A stretch of 63,150 bases of DNA, filler included, from Octopus bimaculoides (GCF_001194135.2; 5 parts of 3 records of this genome joined end to end with filler, not necessarily neighbours in it), one strand, 5' to 3'. Positions 12,030-25,188 are shown, counted from the first letter of the whole stretch. Numbers and translations: made by a program. The notes: generated from the letters alone by a model not told the origin.

Positions 12030-14110
12030 AGTAACGTAAAAAAAATACCCAAACTAGAAAACTACGATATTAATCTGCAACGACAAACATATTAATTCAA
12101 ATAAAGCTTAAATCATATTTATTACCAAACCATTTGAACCAACAAATTTACCTTTTGTTGTATGTTCAAAGATAATAGCAAATCCGAATTATGTATGAAA
12201 TGGATTAATTCAACTCCAATTGTTCTTCCCAGCAAATTACAAATACAACCTATTCCTAATGAAACTGAAAAATAATAATTGAAAATAGAGAGATGCTTCT
12301 AGTTTAAAATGTATATAGAATTATTTAGGAATAAGAGCGAACTATAATGAGAAGATTTCAAATCAACCCACAAACAAATGGAAATCGAAATTAAAAAGAA
12401 AGCCCAATACTCATAATATGTGATTACTTTTAACTTTGGAGTGAGGAATGCGACAATAAGGACATAACATGTTTCCCGAAATTGGGAAATGTGATAATTG
12501 GGTCAGTAATAATTGAACCGATTTGAAAGAAGGATATTATATCGATAACTTATTCTTGAAGAAAAACAAAAGTCATTAACATTATCCACAAGCGATATAC
12601 ATGTACAAAAACATCATCAAACTTATAAACGTCAAAAATACGATGACAATAACATTAATTTCAGGATATTTGGACAACGTAGTAAGTTCATTAGAGGGAT
12701 CCATTGCCTCTCTTCTTCAAGGCAGAATATCCTGCAGAATGGTGGACATACACAAAAGAACAGGAATTATAACCCCAAAAATAATCCAGACAGAATCTGC
12801 CACTTTCTAGACCTAAAAACAAATCAAATTACTGCATAGAAATTGTTAACAAATACAGGAGCATCAACGGAAAGTCAAACCTAAAAAGATACTTATTTTT
12901 CGATCTAGTCATAAGAATTCATGACATTAAGGGGTAAACACCGAATGTGAGTAACTGGAGATAATCATATATTTCATTAAGAATTGTTCAATGCAATAGA
13001 TTGAATTTATCACAAAAAGGTTTAAAGTTCTCTTCAAGCTCACAATACTTTATTGCAATAAAACAAAGGATGATATCTCTCACCTCTGTTGGAAATTACG
13101 CTAACAGAAGAATTATTTGAGAAAAAATACGACGACGAATTAATTGTACGAAACAAAAGCAATTAGAATTCAATAAAAGATAAGAATAAACCATAAAGCC
13201 AACTTTTGATTTTATATTCAACTTCTCATATCACCAGATCCAAATCCACCAAGAATTAAAAGGAATGGAAAATTTACCATGAATTTATAAACAACAATGA
13301 CATAACAATTTAAGAAGCAGCAAAGCGAAGTGCTTTCATCATTATCGATAATATATATTATGCAAACTCCACATTATTCCAACCACATGACACTACTGCT
13401 ATGAAAAAACAACAACAACAAAAACAAATAATTATCAAAACCTTGAAGATACTTAGAGCCTGTATTCATCCACACTGAAAAGTCTTAACTAAAAGGAATG
13501 TGATTATTTAAAGAACTTTGAATGCAAAGCCAGTAATCTATACGATAAAATTCACAAGAGTAAAACGATATACGACGCCTGTAAGGAATCAACTTCCATG
13601 AGTATAAACATTCTGCATCCCAACGATGTTAAATTAAGACCAATAATGGCGGGCCCACCTTTTGAAACAGACTTAGAAACTTAGTATTGTGAAACACCTA
13701 TTAAGTATTGTGAAATTAATATTGTGAAACTCAGCATTGTGAAACACCTATTAAGTCTTATAAGAATTGCCTTGTTAAGCCACTACTCGCAAAGTTTAAC
13801 AAAAACACTACTTTTGTGTCTTTTGATGTTGCAAACCTCTAGAGTACTATCGCGCACGAAAATGGACTGAAAAGCAGAGGATTCTGGTTTAGAAACTTCT
13901 CTAATGAAATTCCAGCCCAAATTGAAAAAGATGACTTACTGGAGCATAACATTTATCATACAAAATATTTTTTTCAACTTCTATGGCACCATTTACAAAC
14001 GAGGATCATAGAGTGGAATGTGAACAAAAGTTGCTCCAACTTAAGCTAATTTTACAAAACCACTGAATATGCACGAAGGACATATGCTCATTAAAAATAC
14101 AAATCACGAT
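12030..14110 (+). mobile_element. Penelope-like element, degraded reverse transcriptase region
   Basis: HPNDVKLRPIMAGPPFET (about 13615), NTTFVSFDVANL*STIAHENGL (about 13805), NIFFNFYGTIYK..GM*TKVAPT*AN (about 13965-14050); A-rich coding-like sequence upstream; many stops and frameshifts. The 5' boundary is approximate. Confidence 0.8.
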
Positions 14111-14702
14111 TGAATAGGCTATAACAACATATTTAACAGATATTACACTATTGCAGTTCATATTCTCACACGAGAATACATAGAAAACCAAATACACCAA
14201 CAAATAAACTATCATATTTCTGTATTTTTAGTTATTCTGAGAACTTCTTTAGATTATTACTCGACGCGTTCACTGGATTAACACAGGCTTGATTTTGATG
14301 TATTTCTTATCCATACCGTCACATGACTCAATACGACAGCATAATGTCCAATTGTCATCCATGCTGCATGACACATTCACTAGTTTAATACATCTTTAAC
14401 TTTTGGTGCAACTGCCATTCATATTGTCATAGGATTCTCTGGCCTCATGATCTGGTTTAGCCAACCAAACTTCACGCTAACTGATAGCAATTTGTGTTAC
14501 AATCTCTCCATAAAGAAGGAGCAATATTCAAACTTAAATCAGAGTGTTGAGACAAACACGGACATAGGTATTACGCAAGGTGTTTCCAACTCATACAACT
14601 TCTAAGTAGCATGAAATTGTGAAATCGGCTAAACAATTCTGAAGGAATCTTTCTAGAGATACAGAGTGCATTTTCAATATTTCTTTTATATATATAGATA
14701 TA

Positions 14703-14935
14703 CAGGGTTGGCCACAAGTCAACCGACAGTAAATCAAAATTCCATAAATACTACCTGTAATTCTGTATCAAATCGAATGGGAAAATGTGTCGCTCAAGAA
14801 GGACTTCAGTATGAACAATTTTCGTGATATTTCATATTTAGATACTTTTATTAAATCCATTCAATTGTTAAACATAGATAAGTCTTGGAATTAAATGGTT
14901 TTGATGTCTTGTCAGATGACTTTTGACCAACCCTG
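14703..14935 (+). mobile_element. Tc1/mariner-derived MITE (233 bp)
   Basis: Imperfect TIRs cagggttggccacaagtca / tgacttttgaccaaccctg, TA on both flanks, internal RMGKCVAQEGLQYEQFS* resembling a transposase C-terminus. Confidence 0.85.
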
Positions 14936-15449
14936 TATATATATTTCAACACGTAGATACATATATAGATACATATATGTAAATATTGTGATTGAAAGAC
15001 TTACTGTGTCTTTTTTTTATTATTATATTTATGTATAATTAAATGAATAGAAAGCTGGTGGGGAGTTAAAGATATGTTGAAATTATTTGTTTAAAATATT
15101 TTTATTGTGGGGACCTATTTATCAATCTATCTACTGCTCATTCTCTCGCTTTCTCTGTATGCGTGGATATATATATATATATATACTCTTTATGTTGCAT
15201 GTCTCGTTTCTCTGTTTTTTTCGTTGTTCGAAAAAAGTTCGTTTTCCTGTTTTCGTTTTTATGTTTTCGTTTTTATGCTTTCGTTTCTCATTGTGTTTAA
15301 CGGTTTTCTTGATGTCCTGCACCCATGTATGCATGTATGTATACATATAGATGTTGGTATGTACATATATGTATGGATATATGCATATACTTATATATTA
15401 TTTATATTATTATATGATCGAACGCCACGCATCCTTTTCCAAGTAAGTT

Positions 15450-15502
<53 letters not shown>

Positions 15503-15963
15503 GATATATATACACCCTCTCTCCCTCTCTCACACCTCTCTGTCTGTCTGTTTAACAACCAATCTATCTGCATGCATTCACCTGCGGCATACTATCTGTT
15601 CGTGTGATTGTTTATCTATTGTTTTTCGCTATTTATTATTTTCAAATACGCTGAAAAAACAATAACAAAAAAGAAAAAAAAAAGAACCGTCAAATGACTG
15701 ATTTTCAGAGCGTAAAATAAAAGATGATTTGAGTTTAACAACTCATCCTCTCTTAGAATTGTTAGCAAGCAATCTAACGATCCGTTTCCCTAGTGTGTCA
15801 TGAGCACTCGTATCCATGCCATTTTGCCATAGTATATTTCTAATCCACTCGGATCCATGGCATATTTCTAATGGTGCAATAAAATAATTAAATGTTCATA
15901 CATACTCTGACTAAAGAGATTCTAGAGTCACAAACCGCGGGATTAGCCGAAATAACTTAATAC

Positions 15964-16001
<38 letters not shown>

Positions 16002-16798
16002 GTGTGTGTGTGTGTGTAAGTTATTAATCCAAACAAGTGGGAGTACAGAAGAAACGAAGTTGAAAATGCTCGGTGAATATATTATAATTAATTAGAATTT
16101 AATTAGATTTTAAAGGAATACACCCGACGCTTTCACATTAGATTTTCAAGAGTGAACAGGATATAGAACTGTGCCGCGAATTGTGTCTATTCTGACTGTT
16201 GTTATGAAAATTGTGTTTTTAAAGAAAGAGTATGGCTAAGAACGCTACACAATCGTCTAGAAGCGCGCGCGCACACGCACGGACACACACGCACGCAATG
16301 TGTCTGTGTGTGTGCGTGCATTAAACCTAAGGGCGTTTCCATAAAATTTTTAATATTGACTCCAGTTATCAGAGCTGTTATTGAAAAGTTTATTCTACAA
16401 GCTTACGTTATAGAATTTTCAATATTTTCAAGTTCTTCCCAAATTTTCTAGTTTCCATTCAGTTAGGCTATTATTGTATTTAACAACAGGCACTCATTAA
16501 AGATGGTGATTTCGCAGGATCGCTGGGAGTAGGACTTACCTTGCGGTATTCAATGCGGCTGTTCACGTTCTGAGTTCAAGTTCAGCCGAGGTTAACTTTG
16601 TCTTTAATTCCTCCAAGCTCCATAAAATGGCTGTTTTATACTTGGGTCAAAGTAGTCAACTGGAAAAGACTGACCTCAAAATTGCTGACCTTCTCCATAA
16701 ATGAGAAACTATTGCATGCACGTGCGCGCGCATACACACACACACGCACACGCACTTACACACACACGCACACAATATAATATGATATGATATGTGTA

Positions 16799-16836
<38 letters not shown>

Positions 16837-17064
16837 TGTTTGTATGTATATGTGTGTATATATGTGTATATATATATAGCTATAACTGACAAAAGTAGTA
16901 TCAATTCTCTAGGTCGTTCAATTTTTCTCAGTCAATCAATAGGTGGGTTGAGTAAACCAATCAATAACGAACCCATAATGATTAGTGGAAACAGCTGTAA
17001 GTCAAATTTACTACAAAAAGTATATAATGATCATTACTTATGTCTTGTCCCATACATACATACA

Positions 17065-17095
<31 letters not shown>

Positions 17096-17100
17096 GTATG

Positions 17101-17244
17101 TTTGTATGTGTGGTCGTGTGTCACTGCATTTAGATGCACAGCCTCTTTCATATGTGATTATATATAAATCTACACAGACATAGACGCGTGCACACATATA
17201 TGTATATATGTGTGTGTATATATATACATATGTGTATGTGTATG

Positions 17245-17275
<31 letters not shown>

Positions 17276-17481
17276 ATGTATATATATACATATGTACATA
17301 TATATATATATTTATATATATATATAAATATATATATATAATATATATATATAATTATATCTGAGCGTATGTATATACATATATGTTTGCACGCTTCTAT
17401 GTCTGTGTATATTTATATATAATCACACATGAGAGAAGCTGTGCATCTAAATGCACAGTGACACACGGCCATACACACAAA
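17101..17481. repeat. About 110-bp inverted repeat around an AT microsatellite spacer
   Basis: 17101-17208 matches the reverse complement of 17372-17481 with only scattered differences. Confidence 0.9.
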
Positions 17482-18449
17482 CACACATACGCGCGCACGG
17501 ACACACACGCGCACACACACATAATGGACTATTAAAAATGTATTTGACGTAGTACAAATATTATCTGACATAAGACTCAATGCGTGATGGACGTTAATGT
17601 GTGCAGGGACATAATTGTTTTGAAATCAAATTTAATGATAGAGTTTCTAATAGAAAGTTATTGTTAAGGTGTGTGTAGGTATACCTGTGTTGGGACAATC
17701 CTTAACACATTAATATTATTAATGGTTTAAACTCAAATTGTTAGAGGAACATTAAACTATTGGGGATGACGTTTACACAGGTTCGGACAATAAGGCATAA
17801 TTGATGTTAGTTGGGAAAAGTAATAATATATATATAAACGAGTTCGTTCTAGTTCAGAGGTTAATCGAAACATGCTTGATGGTGGTGGTGGGGATAATAG
17901 ATGTACAGCCAAGTTTGTAAAAATAGCTATACATGGAGATACAAACAAACCACGCATAAAAATAACAATACGAATTTATACCGACGCATGTCACCTACGT
18001 AGGTTACATTTACTATGTCATACCGTGATACTGTGTTGACTGAGATCCCAATTGACAGGCTGGGAATATTATATTATAAGTGGGAAAAACTTAGAGTATG
18101 CAAATTAGTAGCTTCAGTTCTCTGAGGCTGATGGATTTGCTGTGCATATAAAAAGATTGGCTACTCATTCCTCTGCGATTGGATATGTGGCATAGACACC
18201 GCGTATGAGAAGTAATTAATGCTTTTTAAGTGTTCGGAAGTCGATTAATGTTTTTCAATCTTAGGTGAAATAATTAAATTTTCCCTGGTTGAATGTCTAC
18301 TCCTTATACATCATATATATACGCATACATGTATGTATGTATGTATGTATGTATATATGTGTGTGTGTGTGTGTGTGTTAAATAAAATGCGACAACAAAA
18401 CCAAGGCTATGTGGAATTTATAAAGAGGACATTTATAAAGAGAAAGTTA

Positions 18450-18497
18450 GTCTTACAATTGTTTCTGGGATATTAGGGATATCCCTTCATCAGAGAC
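18450..18497 (-). ncRNA. Minimal type I hammerhead ribozyme motif (Penelope-type)
   Basis: gtct-CTGATGA-a-gggatat[cccta]atatccc-a-GAAA-caattg-TA-agac: intact core, 7-bp stem II, palindromic stem III, 4-bp stem I; A/A mismatch at the base of stem II. Confidence 0.75.
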
Positions 18498-18706
18498 AAT
18501 ATGAGAGAGTTAACTAGAGGGAAATAGTAGAGTTCAATATAAGGAGTTATTCTGGAAAAGGGTGGATATAGGAAGTATTAAGGGAAATAAGAGAATAAAA
18601 ATAAAATTAAAAATATATGTAGGATGTTAGCACTTGCATAGCCTTACCTGCCATCTTGGATCTTCTAGATACCACTACCTCTCATATATATATATATATG
18701 TATATG

Positions 18707-20296
18707 CTTAGATACTTAGGTAGGTTTTGGCCACATTGGCCCAGGCCATAGCTAACTTAATAGCACCAGCTGGAAAAGACATTTAGTAATGTATTTTTGT
18801 ATAGTTATTTTTAGGCACCATTGCCCATTCGATTAAAGAATTGTTTGCAGCAGTATATCCGGGTGTAGGTGGTTTATCTGGAATTTTTTGGAGATATTCA
18901 TCCAGGAACTTTTTGAAGGTAATGACATCTTTTCCCTCTTTTTTATGTTTTGGAAAGATGTTAAAAAGAGTAGGTCAAGTTGAGGAGAAGTAGTTCTGTC
19001 TTAGTGTTGTGATGTGCTGAGAGCATGATTTCTGTAGATGACGCATGGCACGGGGACCAAGCCTGGGGTGAATTTTAAAAGTGATACCGATATCATTCGG
19101 GCAATACTGTCGGAACAATTTCAACATTATACAAATATTAAATCGCTCTCGGGGACGCTGGAGAGAATACAGTTTGATATTCGCGAGTTAGACCAGACAT
19201 GCCATCAGTTTTTTTTGTAATTGATCTCTGGGGGGCTTCAAGCTTTTAGATATTCTGGCTCGTGTAGGGAGACCATAGCGGACAACAGCATTCAAGAGGA
19301 GGGCGGGCGAAGGTAGAAAAATGAAGGATAATCTCTAGACTGGAAAGTCCCGAGGATCCAGGAGCACGCCCTGCAGGTCATGCCGACTTTCTTGTTTATG
19401 TGGATACTTCAGCTTAAGTTATCGTCGACAGTCACACCGAGGTCCCTAATAATGTTTGATGCCGTGAGGTATTCACCTGAAGGAAGAATATATGGTTATT
19501 TAAGTGCAGCCTTTTACCAAAGTAGATTAACTCAAACTTGTTCTCGTTCAGTTGCATGTTATGTTTCTGCACCCATTGGATAACAGCAACTAGGTCCGAT
19601 TGAAAGATTTGTCCGGCCTCTCATCCTGTCAACAACCTTCGGAAGCGTAGATTCATCCGCAAATTTTTTTATATTACTGTATTTAATGACCCTGATGATG
19701 TCATTTATGTAGATAAGGAACAGGAGTGGGCATAACACAGTGCCTTGTGGGACACCACTGATGACTTTTGCTGTGCTTGATCGAACACCATTGATCACCA
19801 CATGCTGCGTTCAGTTCACCGGAAAGGATTTAAACCACTTTAGAAGCTTCCCTTGCACTCCAATGCTGGAGAGTTTTTTAACAAGATGTTGTGGTCAACC
19901 TTGTCAAAGGCCTTGCTGAAGTCAAGATATGACATCTGCATTGGATCCCTCACCCAAGGCCTTTAGGATATCGTCGAAATGATGCAGGAGCTGTGTAAGG
20001 CAGTCCCTGCCATTGCGGAAACCATGCTGGTTGGGAGCCAGCAGGTTGTTGCTTTCCCGGAAGTGAGTCACTCTAGATCGCACCACTCTCTCAAATAATT
20101 TTATGAGACGAGAAGTAAGGGAGATAGGTCGGTAATTCACTGCCTGAAACTTGCTGCTCTTTTTCAAGACTGGAACGGTCGACTGAGAAAGGAAACCATC
20201 AGGAATATAGCCAGCATCTAATGATTTCCTCCAGAGAATGTCTAGGGGGAATGCAAGGTGGTGACAGCATTCCTTCAGGACTTTAGCGGGGAGTAT
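18707..20296 (-). mobile_element. CR1/L2-group LINE, 5'-truncated RT pseudogene
   Basis: NYRPISLTSRLIKLFERVV, NQHGFRNGRDCLTQLL, LDFSKAFDKVDH, SGVPQGTVLCPLLFLIYIND, KKFADE, FKKFLDEYLQKIPDKP; stops and frameshifts present. Confidence 0.93.
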
Positions 20297-20400
20297 GTAT
20301 GTATGTATGTATGTATGTATGTATGTATGTGCGCGCGTGTGTGTTAGCGTGTGTGTGTGTATATATATATATATACATTTATGATATATATACATTTATG

Positions 20401-20431
<31 letters not shown>

Positions 20432-20497
20432 TATACATATATAGTGTATATATTAGGTTGTAAGAAATATATTGTTTAACATATATCTTTTAATCTT

Positions 20498-20670
20498 CTA
20501 TGCGTCATCGCCAACTTTATCAGCCTTGCAATGGCCATTTGTTTTGATTGGGTTTTGATGTAGTAGTGACGTCGATATTGCTGCTCTCTTTTGAGTTTCT
20601 TGCGGTAATGTAGGTTCATCTGGGAGCATGGACAATAGGAGATACAGTTGCTTCTTAAAATTATCTATAT
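20498..20670 (-). mobile_element. CR1/L2-group LINE 3' fragment
   Basis: FKKQLYLLLSMLPDEPTLPQETQKRAAISTSLLHQ. Confidence 0.75.
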
Positions 20671-20706
20671 GTATGTAGAGTATATTTCTATACGTATACG
20701 CCACAG

Positions 20707-20738
<32 letters not shown>

Positions 20739-20813
20739 TAATGTATGTATACGTATGCATTATACATATAAATTGTGTATAGATGTATATGTGTCTACTG
20801 TATATATAAAGGA

Positions 20814-20880
<67 letters not shown>

Positions 20881-20893
20881 CGAGTGTGTGTTA

Positions 20894-21294
20894 GGACTAG
20901 TACCTAATTTCGGCATTGGGTGTTATACAAATGTCAGAACTGGCCATCATTGTATTGTACCAAATGTACCATCCAATCCATCTAAAGTTAGGACCAGGTA
21001 TTGCAATAGTCTAGGGCTCAAAGGCCCACAGCTTTTCAATGCCCTGTCATAAAAATTAACAAAATCTGCACAAGGTGGAAGTAGATGTCTTCAAAAAGGA
21101 ACTAGACATCGTCCTCTCCACAATGCCGGATGAACCAACAATCAGACATGAGGTGAAGACGAGGGCAGCGGAATCAAACTCCCTTATATACCAAATGGGC
21201 TAGCACCTAGGATACAGGCACATACAGGAAATCAGAAAGACCACGGTGGTGCTCCAACATGACCGGAGCCACATGGCTGAAACAAGTAAAAGAG
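20894..21294 (+). mobile_element. CR1/L2-group LINE 3' end including tail
   Basis: GLVPNFG..RTRYCNSLGLKGPQLFNAL..VFKKELDIVLSTMPDEP..RAAESNSLIYQ; tail ggtggtgctccaacatgaccggagccacatggctgaaacaagtaaaagag. Confidence 0.85.
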
Positions 21295-21361
<67 letters not shown>

Positions 21362-22861
21362 NNNNNNNNNNGTGTGTGTAATATTCTATCATACATATAT
21401 TCATGTACATTTATGCGCATGTATGTATGTGTGTATGAATGTAAGTATATATATATATATATATATCCGTGTGTGTTTCTATATGTATATTATGTAGTAG
21501 TGTGCATATATACATACACATATGCATACATATATATGCATACACACATACATACAAACGTACATGCATACAAACATATATACATATATACATATATAAT
21601 ATGTCTGTATATATGTATAGAAATATACATAAATATATATACTCACTCACACACATATATACGCGTATATCCATCTATCTATTTATCTATATATGTATTT
21701 AGTCATACATACATACATACAAAAGCAGAAAATTACACCCCAATATATATGTGTGTATATGTATGTATATATATATATATATNNNNNNNNNNNNNNNNNN
21801 NNNNNNNNNNNNNNNNNNNNNNNNNNNNNNNNNNNNNNNNNNNNNNNNNNNNNNNNNNNATATATATACACGTATGTATATACATATATATATAAATATA
21901 TATCTGTGGGTGTGTGCGAGTGTGTGAATGTTTGCGCGTGTGTGTACGTTTATATGTACATAAAGCATAATTTTGTATAGTATGACTACATTAAATCATC
22001 ATGATTTACTAATGTTTCCCACAGTTGTTTACCTATAATATAGGATGAATAATCTGTATTTTAAATGCATGTTTCATAAAACTGAAAATTGCAAGTCTCT
22101 ATTTATCGTAATTATTTGCTATCTGAATATTTTCTGATTATTCAGAGAAAGAAAATAAAAAAGCAGAATTGTAAATATAAACACAAAGCTATGTATTTAG
22201 AAATAAATTTTGCGACTTCAAAAATATTCATTAATCCATATGAATTGAATGCCTTTTATCTAATTGTATATAGAAATGTTTACAAACCTGCAGACAAGCG
22301 TAAATTATATACACACATATATTCATACACAATATACAGAAACACACACACACACACTCATACACACACAGCATATATATAACTGTGTGTGTATGTATAT
22401 ATATGTGTGTACATATATACACATGCATAGGTAGATATGCATATATGCAAGTATATCCATAGTATGTACACACACACATATATACAAAATACATACACTT
22501 ATGCATAGATATATGCCTATATCTGTTAATTATATAAATATGTATAATACATATGCATATTATATATATGTTGTATATATATATATGTGAAAACTATATA
22601 GATATTAATAATACATATACATATTTCAATGTATATATGTATGCAGATATATATGTATANNNNNNNNNNNNNNNNNNNNNNNNNNNNNNNNNNNNNNNNN
22701 NNNTTAATTAATTAANNNNNNNNNNNNNNNNNNNNNNNNNNNNNNNNNNNNNNNNNNNNATATATATATATGGGAGAATATACAAATAATAACAACAGAC
22801 GAGGACAGGTGGTGTAAATAACAAAAGTATATATTAGTATGACGCTCGGGAATACGGAAAG

Positions 22862-22898
22862 TCTTTGACGTTTCGAGCTACGCTCTTCAACAGAAAGA
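22862..22898 (-). ncRNA. Hammerhead-like motif with variant core (CUGUUGA-A)
   Basis: tcttt-ctgttga-a-gagc[gta]gctc-gaaa-cg-tc-aaaga: stems I and II pair, stem III is the palindrome acgt, GUC triplet. Lies in a short repeat also present at 49100-49190. Confidence 0.5.
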
Positions 22899-22999
22899 AT
22901 ACGGAGACAAGGAGAAAAACACGGAGAAAAAAAATTGAATAGTGTTCAGTCAACGGTCAATCATAATAATATATATATATACATATATATATATCTTCT

Positions 23000-23200
23000 T
23001 TTAATCCTTTTATTCTTTTAGTTGTTTCAGTCAATTGATTGCGGTGATACTGGAGCACCGTCTTATAGTCGAACAAATCGACCACTGGACTTAAACATTG
23101 TAAGCCTAGTACTTATTCAAACGGTGTCTTTTGCCCAACCGCTATGTTACGGGCACGTAAACACACCAACATCAGTCTCGAAAGACACCACCCTGCTGCC
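23000..23200 (-). mobile_element. SINE family B, 3' half
   Basis: Reverse complement of the family B 3' half (aagcctagtacttattc, acgtaaacacaccaacatc). Confidence 0.75.
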
Positions 23201-23216
23201 TAGGTGAGCCGGCCAA

Positions 23217-23287
<71 letters not shown>

Positions 23288-23635
23288 NNNNNNNNNNNNN
23301 NNNNNNNNNNNNNNNNNNNNNNNNNNNNNNNNNNNNNNNNNNNNNNNNNNNNNNNNNNNNNNNNNNNNNNNNNNNNNNNNNNNNNNNNNNNNNNNNNNNN
23401 NNNNNNNNNNNNNNNNNNNNNNNNNNNNNNNNNNNNNNNNNNNNNNNNNNNNNNNNNNNNNNNNNNNNNNNNNNNNNNNNNNNNNNNNNNNNNNNNNNNN
23501 NNNNNNNNNNNNNNNNNNNNNNNNNNNNNNNNNNNNNNNNNNNNNNNNNNNNNNNNNNNNNNNNNNNNNNNNNNNNNNNNNNNNNNNNNNNNNNNNNNNN
23601 NNNNNNNNNNNNNNNNNNNNNNNNNNNNNNNNNNN

Positions 23636-23694
<59 letters not shown>

Positions 23695-23752
23695 AAGTGA
23701 GAAGAGGATAAAGAGACCAATGGCAAAGTTAGAAATAAATTTTATGGATAAA

Positions 23753-23801
23753 GTATTACAGCTGTTTCAGGGAAAATCCAATGTATCCGTTCATCGGAGA
23801 C
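23753..23801 (-). ncRNA. Degenerate minimal hammerhead motif (Penelope-type)
   Basis: gtct-ccgatga-acggatac..ttccct-gaaa-cagctg-ta-atac; same layout as 18450-18497 but with a core U-to-C change. Confidence 0.5.
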
Positions 23802-23916
23802 GGTAATAGTAGAGGATTGAATTATTAATAATGAATGCATATATATATGCATGTGCATATATATATTAACGGTATGTATGTATATACACTAAGAGAGAAA
23901 CAGAGATATATGGATG

Positions 23917-23980
<64 letters not shown>

Positions 23981-24936
23981 TAGACAGACAGGTATTGATA
24001 TTAGTATAGGCTTGCTTAAATTACTAAACCTCTTAATCTGATGAGTTACATTTCACGTTTCCGATCATACGATTGGAGAGGAAATGCACGTCTGATGATG
24101 GGAAGCTTGAATTTCGAATCAGCTGACTTGAGGTTCCAGCTGTTACAATCATGGAATCATGAATAACACAGCCCTTTAATATTGAGTAATGCTTATACTT
24201 CCTACTCAAATACACACTTACAGACATACACATATATATATTTGGTAATCTCATAGATAATGCGATTTTTTATACTTCCTTTATTTTTACAAAATTAAGA
24301 TAAACATAGTTCTTTTTTAATCTAAAATATACTCCTTCATTTTCTATAATGCTCTTCCATGTATCTGGTAAATTTTTCCTTATTCTCACATCTAAAAATC
24401 ATTAAGTCATCTTAACGCTTTAAATACATATTTTTATCTCATTATTCCATAATTTTTATTTACGCCGTATTTTCACGCGATATGTTTCGTATAGACGCCA
24501 AGTTCTACGTATCACATTTAAAATATATGTTTAAAATTTTAGTTTACAGCAATTCTTCGATAAGATAAGTTGTGTTTTTATTTTAAGAAATGTTGTTACA
24601 TGTTTTTCGATTGTTTATTTATTGTTAAAACAAGTACTTCTTTTTTTAGATATTTAGATATTTAGTATAAGTTACAATACATATTTTAGACCTGACGAGT
24701 GACTATATTTTTGAATAGATTTAACTGTAGATCGATTTGATTATTATGAATTGGTTTTAGTAGTTATCTATTTGAAAATATAGCCACGAGACGTGCGTAG
24801 TCATTTTAGACCACTTACTAGTTATTCTTTTTGTATTTTATTGGTTTTGTAATAAGGTTTTTATGATATATTTATTTTCTGGAGGGTGTGAAATAAATTC
24901 TTCTTTATTGAATTATTTAATATTGGTTTTTCTTTA

Positions 24937-25188
24937 TTCAAGACAAAACTCGACGCTTTCCTCTCCACGATACCAGACGAACCAATGGCTCGAAATGAGA
25001 GACAGTTTCGGGCAGCGATGTCAAATTTTCTTATACACCAGATGTGCCATCAAAACTCTTGATTGGACTATATCAGGTGGAGGAGAAGAGCCATGCAAGG
25101 AACGTGAAGAGAGCACAGCATAAAGATGGAAAGTCACGGCGGTGCTCCAGCATGACCACAGCCACTTGGCTGAAAGCCATAAATAAAT
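24937..25188 (+). mobile_element. CR1/L2-group LINE 3' fragment with tail
   Basis: FKTKLDAFLSTIPDEPMARNERQFRAAMSNFLIHQ; tail ggcggtgctccagcatgaccacagccacttggctgaaa. Confidence 0.8.

Noticed and set aside
14380-14630. About 75-codon open frame after the Penelope RT, considered as a GIY-YIG domain or host exon
   Set aside because: No GIY-YIG motif on either strand and no good splice sites.
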